Of a stretch of 64,000 nucleotides of DNA, positions 39,157-51,592 are shown one piece after another. Below the pieces are notes generated by a model. The model was not told the origin of the DNA. It worked only from the letters and a program-made list of their open reading frames with translations, and did not search any database. The translations under genes and the position numbers were made by a program. Numbering within the stretch: position 1 is the first letter of the stretch; the number at the start of each line of letters is the position of its first letter. Source of the stretch: Podarcis melisellensis (taxonomy: Eukaryota); NCBI GenBank assembly GCA_964234715.1, contig OZ174281.1. One strand, 5' to 3'.

Positions 39157-40046
39157 TTATGTTATTTTATTAAAGTTTTTATTGTCTTACAAAAGTACAT
39201 GCCTTGTCTCTTTTTTCAAGTTGCACAGTCTTTTTTACAGATCCGTCACATTTTTTATGAGACATTAGTGTTGAGTACAGTATAAGGTAAAGGGACGCGG
39301 GTGGCGCTGTGGGTTAAACCACAGAGCCTAGGACTTGCTGATCAGAAGGTCAGTGGTTCGAATCCCTGCAATGGGGTGAGCTCCTGTTGCTCAGCCCCTG
39401 CTCCTGCCAACCTAGCAGCTTGAAAGCACATCAAAGTACAAGTAGATAAATAGGTACCGCTCCAGCGGGAAGGTAAACGGCGTTTCCATGCGCTGCTCTG
39501 GTTCGCCAGAAGCGGCTTAGTCATGCTGGCCACATGACCCGGAAGCTGTATGCCGGCTCCCTCGGCCAATAAAGCAAAATGAGCGCCGCAACCCCGGAGT
39601 CGGTTACGACTGGACCTAATGGTCAGGGGTCCCTTTACCTTTACCTTACAGTATAAGGTTGGGGAGGAGAGGAGGGCGGGTGGTGAAATTCATATTTTTT
39701 ACAGTGTATGTGTGGGATTTTGGGTCAGCGTCAACTAGATAGGTTCTCTTTCCATTTGCTTGTTACATTTTCTTCGTAGTGAGAGAGGTTTGAGGTCCAG
39801 GGTATGGTTGGTTGTCTGCAATGGGGTTTGTTTGCATTGATGGGGAGGGCTTGTTGGGCCAAGTAAGACAGTTTGATTTGTATGCTGTTGGTGGGTTCTT
39901 GCTGTTGTCTTGTTGGCCTGTGTATGTGATGAAGGGGAGCCATATAGAAGGTATCCTCTTCTATTTGTCCCCGTGTCAGTTTCAGTTTATTGGTTAGCTT
40001 TTCTAGCAAGGCTGTTTCCCATACGATTTGGTACCACTGGTCCATG
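39157..40046 (-). mobile_element. 5'-truncated L1-like LINE 3' end (ORF2 C-terminus, 3' UTR, A-rich tail)
   Basis: WYQIVWETALLEKLT..KL..G..E..F resembles the L1-clade ORF2 end; A-rich tail near 39157-39182; imperfect 17-bp TSD at 39140-39156 and 40047-40063. Confidence 0.7.
39289..39646 (+). mobile_element. Sauria SINE, full length, nested in an L1-like fragment
   Basis: Pol III A/B boxes, ACCTTT tail, 13-bp TSD TACAGTATAAGGT at 39276-39288 and 39647-39659. Confidence 0.94.
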
Positions 40047-40194
40047 TAAACCTGACCTTTTATAACAATACTCCATAATCAGAGAAACGTGGTATATCAA
40101 GTTGCAATAGTGAATTAAATCAGCTGGAATTTATCTCCACAAAACAGGATTGTGATCAAATAAAATAATGTAGGAGATCAGCAATTACTCTTAC

Positions 40195-40306
40195 CGTTAA
40201 TATTGGTGGCAACACTTTGTATCTTGGAAATCAAGTCTTTCCCCCTTTCATTAGTCTTACTAAATTTGTTGAACAGTGTCTCTGCTTTCTTGTAATTGCT
40301 TTCAGC
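40195..40306 (-). CDS. LAMA3: LAMA3 exon A9 (coiled coil), AESNYKKAETLFNK...VATNIN
   Basis: 112 nt, cag|GCT ... G|gtaaga, phase 0/1. Confidence 0.92.
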
Positions 40307-41553
40307 CTGACAAGAGGTAAGAGTTTTAAAACAAGAGAGCACAAATCAATATTTGTTTTTTTTTAAGTATTTGCTACTACAATTCAATGTTTCTGATATA
40401 GTAAATTCTTAACAAAATTTGTTAAGTCGTGACAGATTTCAGAAACTTGGTGAATTTGACATTTACTGGTCATTCTTAAGATTCTGCAAGAGAAAATATC
40501 AGAAGTGTTTGTGTCATGTTGCCCTTGGCTTCAGTGTGCAGGACATTTATTCTGATAGCTATAAATGCTTTTGTTCCCCAAACTACATACATAGTTCCTT
40601 TAGTTATCTATGGTGGAGTAGCCCAGGCAGCATGGATCACCCCAAGCAGAAGGACAATTAATCTTTAGTTCTGCTATGTCCTCTGCAATATCACAATTGG
40701 GACCTTCTTGGAAGCTTCCTGGTTCTGCTTTTCAACAACATATTCAGTTACAGGGATACCTCTCCACCTGTGTCCTCTGGAAAATGCTGGCAGTTCCTAA
40801 ATGGGAGCACTAGGTCTTTGATTATAAATAAGCCCCACCAGGATATTGGCACAGTGTTCAGCCTGTAGGATCTCATCATAGGGATCCCAAAGGGAACCCT
40901 CCAGGTTGCAGACCTACCCAATTCACCCCTCTCACACCTTTATTTTTCTTCCATTGCATGCTCTTTAATGTCACTGCCTTCAGACCTCCAGTTTCCAGCT
41001 TTTTTGCTGTAGCTGCAGTCTGGGGATGTTCAAGTCAGTATGCTATCTGGTGGCCTCCTTTCATGTGTCTTCCTGTCTTCTCTTTCTATCCTCCTCAAGG
41101 ATAGCTTTCTGTCTGTCACTTCTCCTCACCTTTCCCCTGTTAGCTCTCCTCTTTCTGTTGAGCTCTTTCATTCTTTCCTCCCCTCACACCACATTTTTTA
41201 TTTCCTTCTGATCACCTTATGTGGCTATTATTGTCTCTCCTCCCTGGGCATCTGTTTCTCACTTCTCGGCTAATTGGCAGGGCAGAATACCACCTGGCAG
41301 TGCCCACATGACTTGCCATTTGTGGGTAACTCCACTCAGAACTCTTAATGCAAGGGAAAGGGGGCTTCCTCTGGCTGGGATCTCTCACAGTCAACACAGG
41401 TAAATGACATTTAATACCCCATACATGATCAAAAGTCTTTCAGGCAGAAATTAGGCTTTCCATTAGAATTTTAGTGAAGGCACTGATATTTCCTGACCAG
41501 CAAATTCCAGCACTTCTTATATATATATATATATATAAATGTAAACAGCTCAC

Positions 41554-41664
41554 CTTTTCTTTTAGAGCATTAACATTTTGGTTAAGGTCGAGCAGGTCTG
41601 TCTCCAGTTCATCCACTTTTGGGCCGTGAGTCGTAATAACAGTACGATAGCGGCTCAACAGAAT
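41554..41664 (-). CDS. LAMA3: LAMA3 exon A8 (coiled coil), ILLSRYRT...NALKEK
   Basis: 111 nt, cag|ATT ... AAG|gtgagc. Confidence 0.93.
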
Positions 41665-42755
41665 CTGAAAAGAAAGGCCACCAAAAAGAGGGGGAAAGGG
41701 ATGTCTGACTGAGCTGAAAACTGTATCTGAATTCAGCATGAGTTTGGGCCAAAACATATTTTACCTAGACAGGAATCCTAAGTCATTTACATAGGAAAGA
41801 ATTCAACTGAAAGACTTAGGCTGCAATCACACCCATACATGTAGGAGTAATTCTCATTACACTCGGTTTGATGTACTTCAGAGGAAACATGCGTTGGAGC
41901 AAGCTGTTACTTCCTAGAAAAATATATTTAGAGTTTTGGTGCCAGTCAGAACAGATTCAAAGATCTGGTGCATCCAATGCCTTTAAAGTATTCGGCATCT
42001 AGCTTGTCTATAACCCACACTAATAACAGTTTATGTGGCAGACTGAAAAGATTCAGAATATCAGTTCAGGCATCATAGCAGGATGAGACGGACGACAGGC
42101 AAAGCCACAATCTACTTGGACAGAGCATACAAAATTCCACCCAGCGTGTCTTACTTTCCCAACTTATGGGTTTGTGCTAAAGAGATGAACTGGGGCCATG
42201 AAAAGCTTTCGTACAGACAAGCCTTAAGCCTACCTTCAATAAAGCAGAGCATAAATAGGTCCCTTATGGCACTACGCAGGACTAATTAATTCTGTCAGTT
42301 CAACGCCTAGCAGCTGAGGCCAGGGGACCTGATGGGTATTGGGCGGTGGAGTCACAGGGGCTGCTAAGTCAGCAATGTGCAGTCATGTGGCTGCTGACGG
42401 GCCAGCAGCAACCATCATAGACCATGTGTCACGGCCAGTGCTAGACACTGCTTGCCATGGTGGTAAACCACCTGTCCTTGAGTCTCCTCCACTGTTCCTG
42501 CTCCTGCTGTTTATAGGGGCTGATGGGAGCTGGAAACAAGGGAAGGTGGGAAGCTCCTCTTTCCACGCAGGCCCAGCTCCAAAATATGGCACCCTTGGGC
42601 AAATGCCAGCATTCCAGTGCTCTGGCAGGCCCCACTGCTATGTTGACACCTACCCTGCTGGTTGTTCCTAGCGCAGGCTCATGTGGGAGAAGGCAATCTT
42701 TCAGATACCGGGGTCCCACAAAATGTAGGTTTTCAAAGACAAGCACCTGCACTTA

Positions 42756-43098
42756 CCGTATTTTTCTGTGTATAACAGCCCCCCGTGTATAAGACGCCCC
42801 TTATTTTGGGGGACTCCAAATTCATAAAATGAGGGGAAATTGCCCAGAGTTGTTGAGCTTTTCTTAAGGAGGGGTTGCAAAAAAATGCTCACCCACCTGA
42901 CATACACTGCCACTCACATGCAAATGCCACTTATTGTCTGTCACCTTGCTAGCAGAAGACACCCAATAGCCACTGACAATCTCCAGCTCCATGCAACCAA
43001 TTACATGACCCTCCGCTATGCACTATCCGTGTACAAGACGACCCCCAATTTTTAACAAAAAATAATAAAAACCTCATCATATACACGGAACAGTATGG
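42756..43098. mobile_element. Tc2/pogo-like non-autonomous element
   Basis: TA-flanked imperfect TIR CCGTATTTTTCTGTGTATA / TATACACGGAACAGTATGG, internal GTATAAGACG repeats. Confidence 0.7.
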
Positions 43099-43538
43099 TA
43101 ATTGTGCTCACCAATGAATCTGCAGCCAGTATAGCAGGCAACAGTTATTCCCCCTTGCCAGTGCCGGGCACTAACCATGCAACTATGCCAGCTTTCCCCA
43201 ACCTCCTGCCCTCCAGAACCTGTTGGACTACAACTCCCATCACTGGGATGGGACCACTGTCTGGGGAAGACTGAGCTATGCTGTGACTAACTGAATTTTC
43301 CAATAAGGGACCCCCAAGGATGATGTGGACTGGGCTGCCATGGTCTTTCCCAAAGAACCGGCACAGGACCATGCAACTGGCTCCATCAGTCCAACCTCAG
43401 CCACATGGGATCACGTCACAGACAAGTGGATCTTGCCCAGCTGCTTCTAAAGGTCATCACATTGTGTAGTTAATTTGAAACCTATTTCTTTATTTCTTCT
43501 CTCAGCCCCGTAAGGAAATGCCAGCTTTTCAACATTAC

Positions 43539-43690
43539 CTTCAGTTCCTTGATGCGGTCTTCCAGATGCTTCATCTGCCCCAATGTGTGGGCACTGGCAT
43601 TGACGTTTTGCATCTGAGACTTAATCAGACGGAGTTCGTCCCCCATTGTACTCAAATCCTTCAGCAAAGTAATTACACAGCTATCACAGG
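43539..43690 (-). CDS. LAMA3: LAMA3 exon A7 (CxxC hinge, coiled-coil start), CDSCVITLLKDL...RIKELK
   Basis: 152 nt, cag|CC ... AAG|gtaatg, phase 1/0. Confidence 0.95.
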
Positions 43691-44337
43691 CTGAATGAAA
43701 AAGAGCACATCCAAAGAGTGCAAAGTGTTAGTTTGCTGTATGGGCAGAGAATGACAGCACCAAAATAACACCTTTCCACAAACTGTCATCTACTGCTATA
43801 AATGAACAACAAAGGCAGGGGAAGCTCAAGTGCATTTAAGGCAGTAACCAAATCCTGAGGCCTTCCCTAGTATGTCTTGACTTATTTTAGAGTTACTCCC
43901 TGTCAATTTTCCTTAAGAGTAGGATAGAGCTGCATTCTTTACCTCAAGAGCTGCATTCTATCAGAGGTAGTCTGTCACAGTGAAAAAGTAGACACCAGCC
44001 CTTTGTAATCAACAAAGAGGGAAAGGGGCAGAGCAGAACGATAGAGTCTCTCCTCCTCTAGCTCATTTGGTGTCCTTGGTTAGAACAGGACGCAGCAGGA
44101 ATGAAGGCTTCTTTAAAAACACACTTCATAGCAGATGAAAGGAGAAGGGGCTGCAAGACAGATTTGAGTGCACTGTAGGCTGCACTCAAGGGGTTCCCCA
44201 CCCCTGTGTAAGAATATCTGAATAAGTTCACTGTCAAAGCATGGGTTGACCTTTGCAGTCTCCCATTTAAAACAATGGTGACTCTTTAATGAAGCCCTAT
44301 AAGCAAGCATCCAGACTGCTCATGCATTATTACTTAC

Positions 44338-44388
44338 AGTCACAATCTTCTTGAGGATCTATATCTTTCGGTTCTTGGCTTATGCATT
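44338..44388 (-). CDS. LAMA3: LAMA3 exon A6, ECISQEPKDIDPQEDCD
   Basis: 51 nt, cag|AA ... T|gtaagt, phase 1/1. Confidence 0.92.
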
Positions 44389-44736
44389 CTGGAGGTTAGG
44401 GGGCAAAAGAAGCAAATTACAATCACATGATAATACAACACAGATATCAGGCATGAGATTTTGAAATCGCATTCAGAAAACTGATACCGCTATATAATGG
44501 ATGCTCTCTTTATTCACTGAAAACTAACCATAACTCTTAGCAGGTTTTCTACTACTGGAAGATGGAACTTGTCTTTTCAAGAGTTACTTTTCCGGCATGT
44601 ACTAGGGAATGCTACTCAGTTTAACTTCCTTTGTTTTTGTTTCTATCTAGGACACCACCTGAAATTAATCTCTACTTCTCTTTAGTTCTGTTGCCTACCT
44701 AACAAGGAGCTTGTGTGTTTTACTAGAGACAAAACA

Positions 44737-45107
44737 GGATGCGGGTGGCGCTGTGGTCTAAACCACAGAGCCTAGGGCTTGCAGATCAGAAGGTTGGCGG
44801 TTCAAATCCCCACAACGGTGTGAGCTCCCATTGCTCAGTCCCTGCTCCTGCCAACCTAGCAGTTTGAAAGCACGTCAAAGTGGAAGTAGATAAATAGGTA
44901 CCACTCCGGCGGGAAGTGGTACCGTGTTTCGTTTCCGTGCGCTGCTCTGGTTCGCCAGAAGCGGCTTAGTCATGCTGGCCACATGACCCGGAAAGCTGTC
45001 TGTGGACAAACGCCGGCTCCCTCGGCCAATAAAACGAGATGAGCGCCACAACCCCAGAGTCATCCGCGACTGGACTTAACAGTCAGAGGGCCCTTTACCT
45101 TTACCTT
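44737..45107 (+). mobile_element. Sauria SINE
   Basis: Same family; degenerate TSD TAGAGACAAAACA / TAGCGACCAATCA. Confidence 0.92.
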
Positions 45108-46456
45108 TAGCGACCAATCAGGGTTAACTGGGGAATTAATCACTGTGTATGCCTTTGTTCCAACAGTCCTGGGTGTAACCTGAAACCTGCACAGCATCTA
45201 ATCCAACAAACTTAATCCAAGTGAGTCTGTATCTTTATTTTCAGGCTGTGGCTAAATACAGATAATCTCAGTAAATTCACATTAAGGACGAATATCGTGC
45301 ATCTATGCCAAAAGTTACCTAGACTGGAACTAGGAACTTGTGCAGGTGCTCTATATGGTGAGCTATCAGACTGCAACTTGGGACATCTTCTGGGCTCTGC
45401 CCTACCCACCCTCTACTTAGCTGAACTTCCGGCCTGATGAAGTATTCTGGAGAACTCGAAATCTTGCTTACTCACTGACTGTGGATTTTGGATTCCTCCG
45501 ACCCCATGGGCCAACATGGCTTTGTTTGCTTTCTGACCATCTTGCTAGTTGTGGTTAGAAAAATGGTCTCAGGCTGTCCAAATTGAATAATAGATTGACA
45601 TCGGAAAGCAAGTTCACACTACCCAGAGTCATTGGTGTTCTCAGGGTTATTGTTACAGACTGGTTCTCTTTAAATAACAATTTCCATTAACATGAACAAA
45701 AATGCCATGCTCTATCTTAAGCCATCCTGAAGTCTGCTTCTGCAACAACTGCCAGAGGCAATAACCCTGCTGTTGTTCACTTACACAATGATAAAATGAG
45801 ACCAGTCAAGAGCCCTTGAACTTGCTATATAACTAACTTTGACCGTGATTTAGCTCTTGAACTAGTAAACAGAACAATGGTTAAAGTGACTGTAAGGCTC
45901 ATAATTTCACAATAAAAATGTAAATGAGCCTTGAAAGTCTGCAGTGAAAAAATCCTGAGGCCCAAGAATTAATCTTTAGGCCTGGCCAAATTTCCGCTTG
46001 TCCTGTGCCTCAAAATCACAGGTTCAAGCATGTTACCATTTGACTCTAAGCAGAGGTCTCAGCTTGTCCCACTTTTCCCAGGAAAAACCCACTCTTTGGT
46101 GCTAAATCGGAGCAAACGTCAATCCAGAGAAAGCTCCAATTGCCATTTGCTCCAATCAAGTGCTAATTAGCTGTTTTCTCCCGGGGGAAGCAGCAGGACA
46201 AGAGGAAGTGTGGATGCTGAAATTTTACACATTTATTCCAAACCCAAATAAAGTTTTGGAATCCACAAATGACAAAAAAATCTCTAAACATTAAATAAGT
46301 AGTTCCTTCTGCAGCACTTGGCTCTTTCCCATACTGATCAACAATGAAATCAAAGGTTGCATAGCATGGGTCCATGCCATGGGTCCAGACCATGCCAATT
46401 CTGCTCTGGTCCTCTGAAGGATTGATGCTGGCATTTGAAGGAGCATGGTATGGTAC

Positions 46457-48186
46457 TGTTGTTGTTTAGTCGTTTAGTCGTGTCCGACTCTTCGTGACCC
46501 CATGGACCAGAGAACGCCAGGTACCTCTGTCCTCCACTGCCTCCCGCAGTTTGGTCAAACACTATCCAACCATCTCGTCCTCTGCCGTCTCCTTCTCCTT
46601 GTGCCCTCCATCTTTCCCAACATCAGGGTCTTCTCCAGGGAGTCTTCTCTTCTCATGAGGTGGCCAAAGTACTGGAGCCTCAGCTTCACAATCTGTCCTT
46701 CCAGTGAGCACTCAGGGTTGATTTCCTTCAGTATGGAGAGGTTTGATCTTCTTGCAGTCCATGGGACTCTCAAGAGTCTCCTCCAGCACCATAATTCAAA
46801 AGCATCAATTCTTCGGCAATCAGCCTTCTTTATGGTCCAGCTCTCACTTCCATACATCACTACTGGGAAAACCATAGCTTTAACTATACGAACCTTTGTT
46901 GGCAAGGTGATGTCTCTACTTCTCAAGATGCTGTCTAGGCCTGTCATTGCCCTTCTCCCAAGAAGCAGGCGTCTTTTAATTTCGTGGCTGCTGTCACCGT
47001 CTGCAGTGATCATTGAGCCCAAGAAAGTAAAATCTCTCACTACCTCCATTTCTTCCCCTTCTATTTGCCAGGAGGTGATGGGACCAGTGGCCATGATCTT
47101 CGTTTTTTTGATGTTGAGCTTCAGACCATATTTTGCGCTCTCCTCTTTCACCCTCATTAAAAGGTTCTTTAATTCCTCCTCACTTTCTGCCATCAAGGTT
47201 GTGTCATCTGCATATCTGAGGTTGTTGATATTTCTTCCGGCAATCTTAATTCCGGCTAGGGATTCATCCAGCCCAGCCTTTCGCATGATAAATTCTGCAT
47301 ATAAGTTAAATAAGCAGGGAGACAAAATACAGCCTTGTCGTACTCCTTTCCCAATTTTGAACCAATCAGTTGTTCCATATCCAGTTCTAACTGTAGCTTC
47401 TTGTCCCACATAGAGATTTCTTAGGAGACAGATGAGGTGATCTGGCACTCCCATTTCTTTAAGAACTTGCCATAGTTTGCCGTGGTCGACACAGTCAAAG
47501 GCTTTTGCATAGTCAATGAAGCAGAAGTAGGTGTCTTTCTGGAACTCTCTAGCTTTCTCCATAATCCAGCGCATGTTTGCAATTTGGTCTCTGGTTCCTC
47601 TGCCTCTTCTAAATCCAGCTTGCACTTCTGGGAGTTCTCGGTCCACATACTGCTTGAGCCTTCCTTGTAGAATTTTAAGCATAACCTTGCTAGCGTGTGA
47701 AATGAGTGCAATTGTGCGGTAGTTGGAGCATTCTTTGGCACTGCCCTTCTTTGGGATTGGGATGTAGTCTGATCTTCTCCAATCTTCTGGCCACTGCTGA
47801 GTTTTCCAAACTTGCTGGCATATTGAGTGTAGCACCTTAACAGCATCATCTTTTAAAATTTTAAATAGTTCAGCTGGAATACCATCACTTCCACTGGCCT
47901 TGTTATTTGCAGTGCTTTCTAAGGCCCATTTGACTTCACTCTCCAGGATGTCTGGCTCAAGGTCAGCAACCACACTACCTGGGGTATACGGGACATCCAT
48001 TTCTTTCTGGTATAATTCCTCTGTGTATTCTTGCCACCTCTTCTTGATGTCTTCTGCTTCTGTTAGGTCCTTTCCACTTTTGTCCTTTATTATGGAAATC
48101 TTTGTACGAAATGTTCCTTTCATATCTCCAATTTTCTTGAACAGATCTCTGGTTCTTCCCATTCTATTGCTTTCCTCTACTTCTTT
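46457..48186 (-). mobile_element. Bov-B (RTE-clade) LINE, 5'-truncated, with reverse transcriptase ORF 46555-48162
   Basis: RT motifs (FIDYAKAFD, GVRQGCILSP, LRYADD), Bov-B-type C-terminus and (CAA)n tail; perfect 14-bp TSD GCATGGTATGGTAC at 46443-46456 and 48187-48200. Confidence 0.96.
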
Positions 48187-49336
48187 GCATGGTATGGTAC
48201 AGACTGCTGCTTATGTGACCCCAGACTCCAGTAGTTCTCAAACCACTATAAGTAACCTCAAAACAAGCCCTTATTCTCACATTCCATGGCTTGGCGGAGA
48301 TTCCAGGTTGTGTTTAGCCCATACTATGAACACACTGGATTAGAATACTTAAAATGGACTGAGCCTGAGCTACATGGAACAAAAGGCTTTTTACAGAACA
48401 TTCATGTGTCTGCTATCATGGCCTGATGAATTCAGCCTCTCAGTGGATTGTCTGTCGGCTACTGTGTGAATCGAAAGCAACTGTTCAGGCTAAGAAAATA
48501 TGAAGCTAGAAGCTCAAATTGGAAAAACTGAAGGGGGATGTAATCTTTCACATTTAACCATTGACCACCACACGTAGAAATCCCCTGTATACATATTGCA
48601 CGATATATTTAATTGGCACCTTCCTTTAATGCAACTTTTATTACAGCCTGTGCAGCATTAAGGACAGTCCGTGATGATGCAATTAAATGCTTCAGTAATC
48701 TAGTGGAAGACCGCAATAATGTCTGAACCTACTAAAATCACTGGTCTGCTGATTACAGGTGATACTGCTGCTGATGTGGAAAAAGCAGTTCAAAACTTGA
48801 AATAAAACTGCATTCTGAGTCAAGATCAAACTTGTCCTGCCAACCTTTAATTTCAGCAAGGCAACATATTTTCTGCAGAATATATCCACCAATAACACAA
48901 CTCTAGTGAAGGAGCTTTTGCATAATGGAAGATAGTTAACATTACGTTTGAGAAAGAAAGCATTTCAGTCGATTCATATTAAGAATAAATGAATTGCATT
49001 TATGCCAAAAACTACCTGGGCTAGAGCCTTGTGCAGCTGCTACCAGACTGCAGCTTGGAACACTATCCAGGCTCTGCCAACCAGGTTGGTTGTTGGGCGC
49101 TCCTGAACAGGTAGAGCTTCCTGTTTGGATTGGAAACTTGCCCGAGCAGCAAAACTTTCCTGGCTCCAGCATAGGAACATAGAAAGCTGCCTTATACTGA
49201 GCCAGACTATCAGTTTAACTAGCTCATTATTGTTTACGCTGACTGGCAGCGGCAGTCCAGAGTCCACACAATCTCCTTTGTGTTGTACAGTTCAATGGAA
49301 TACAGTCACTATGAATAGCTGTACAATTCTACATAC

Positions 49337-49443
49337 CCCCAGTCAGGCGTTCACAGGTCATGAGCTGACCATTATCAGGGCAGTTGCACTTCTGACAGTA
49401 ACCTCCATATTTGAGTGGGTTTCCAAAATAACCAGGAGCACAG
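49337..49443 (-). CDS. LAMA3: LAMA3 exon A5 (LE), CAPGYFGNPLKYGGYCQKCNCPDNGQLMTCERLTG
   Basis: 107 nt, tag|C ... G|gtatgt, phase 2/1. Confidence 0.95.
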
Positions 49444-51024
49444 CTACACAGGGGAAAAAACACAATTTGCAATTAATACATTTTTACTCAGATTGGAACA
49501 TCTTCTGCTGGCATTATGGTTTGCACAAAATCCAGTCGTGAAATCTAGCCATTTTATTAGATTTAACTTGTAATTGCCTATTCTGACAAAATTTTCACAC
49601 ACAAAAATTCTTAACACATCACATCAAGCATTTGGGGTTAGCTGTAACATCTGAAAGACTGCAGAAAGAAAATCCAACTGTTGACAAAAAAAAGCAAACC
49701 CTGGAAAACTTGGCTGTATCTTGTTTCTTTCAAATCTCCTATGACACTGGCCTTCAATTGGTGGGTTAGGACTCACTCGTGGGTCATGGTCTGATTCAAT
49801 GTAGATCGCAACTACAGCACTCCCACCACCCAAATATATGTTAAAAGGTTAATAAATGGGACCCCAAATGCATGTTTAGGTTAAAAATGGCTCCTGGATA
49901 TGAAAAGGTTGAAGACTATTGTCCTACGAGGCAAAGGACCAGTTAGTCCAGCCAGAGTTGTATGTATTAGATAATAACTAATTGGCTGCTCCTCATTGTC
50001 TGGACATATAATTCAGGACTCCTGCAATCTTAAAGAAAATTAATATGTGGTCATGAAATTCAATTATGTTGTCATTATTAACATAAAGAAAGAGAACTTA
50101 ATTCAAAGTTACGCAAGCCAGGATTAGGGAGAAAAGAAATCATCCAACAGAGATGATGTTTCAAAAAGTCTAAATTAAGAGGAACACATTGCAAAGGGCT
50201 TAGGCACACTTCCTCTTCTCCTACTGATTTCCCCAAACAACTCTTTAGTGCTCAAGTGGAGCAAACAGCAATTTGGGTTTTCTCCAGATTGATGTTTGCT
50301 CCAACTGAGTACTAAAGAGTAGGCTTTGCCTGGGAAAGAAGCGGGGAAAGGGGGAAGGCTGCAAAACCTCTTGTACCCACGCTTTCTAGGCATGGGGCAA
50401 GTGGAAGTGTGGACAAGGCTAAAGTGACAGTACCCAACTTTTTTTACTGCATTGGCTTGGCCAACAATTCCTACCTTTGAAATTCAAAGCTGATTTCAAG
50501 TTGGCTTCTTTCAAAATGAACCACATTTAATAGTACCCACTACATGCCAGTTTGGACAAAACAACAAACTACTGTACAGTTAAGGCATCCTTTTTTCAGC
50601 TGCTTGAAGTGCACTTAGGTTAATTCTTGTCAGGCTTAACTATGCTTTAGTGAGCTGTCCAACATATTATTACATATAGGGTTCGATCCAGAGGGGTTGG
50701 GAAGTGTACTCTCCTTTGAAATTAGTAAAATTTTAGCAGAGTTAAAAATTTCTTTGGACTGCACTTGTATTTCACACTGCTGCTCAGATCCAAATGCTCC
50801 AAAGTGCATACAAGGGCTCTCATGTACAATAGGAGATCTGCGTAATTCACGTCGAAACCAAGAACAGTGTGCACAATCCCAGCAGAACGTGCAGACTTCC
50901 AAAAACACTGAATTGAATGCAGCAGGTTGTATCTGCAGAAAGCTTTCTGTGTGCTTTCAAACCCCACAGCGCCTTGGACTGTAGACCAAGTATGTTAATA
51001 TGGCACACCCTTAGAATACACAAT

Positions 51025-51455
51025 GGGCTGATACGCTTGTCATGCAGAGCCAGACCATGGCTTGGTGCAAACATCCATGAGTGGGGTCTTCTGGAAAGAA
51101 GACCGTAGCTGCTTTGCTGCTCCCTGGTTATTATGCTGCAGATTTGTATTGAGCTAAGCCACACCTTGGCTTAGTGTGTTGCTTGAACCTGGGCATGTGA
51201 GTTAGCTTTCTGCACACTAACCACAAACTATAACCAAGGCATGTTCTAGGTTGATGGCTCACAGTTAATCTGGAGAGTGCTCAATCATAAGCCTGGATTT
51301 GGACAACATGCTGAGCCAGGTCATGGTTTAGCTCATGCCAGAGCCATAAAATAGGGGACAAGGAAGTGAAGCAACCACACTCCTGTCTTCAGTAGCCTGC
51401 ATGCTTATATGTTTGTGCTAAACCATGGTTTGGCTTAGCATGATGTGTAGACTAA
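51025..51455. repeat. Long imperfect palindrome (MITE-like, about 430 bp)
   Basis: Outer arms GTCATGCAGAGCCAGACCATGGCTTGGTGCAAACAT / ATGTTTGTGCTAAACCATGGTTTGGCTTAGCATGAT; inner arms TGAGCTAAGCCAC.. / ..CATGGTTTAGCTCA. Confidence 0.7.
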
Positions 51456-51511
51456 TATTTTGCAATGTGCCACTTTTTAATTAGAAAACCCATATTGAGG
51501 CAAACAATCAC

Positions 51512-51592
51512 CTTTCACAGTGCATTCCAGTATAACCTTCTTTGCAGAAACACTGAATTTCTCCACCATTTTCCACGCATCCATTAGCAAAA
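51512..51592 (-). CDS. LAMA3: LAMA3 exon A4 (LE), [26 protein letters not shown]
   Basis: 81 nt, cag|T ... AG|gtgatt, phase 2/2. Confidence 0.95.

Noticed and set aside
46502-47413. 303-aa plus-strand ORF
   Set aside because: Antisense shadow of the Bov-B RT frame, entirely inside the element, with no independent gene evidence.
48421-48490. CTGATGA...CGAAA with GCCTGA/TCAGGC ends, as a hammerhead or C/D snoRNA
   Set aside because: Stem I does not pair in the hammerhead register, there is no D box (CTGA) at the 3' end, and it is antisense to the host gene.
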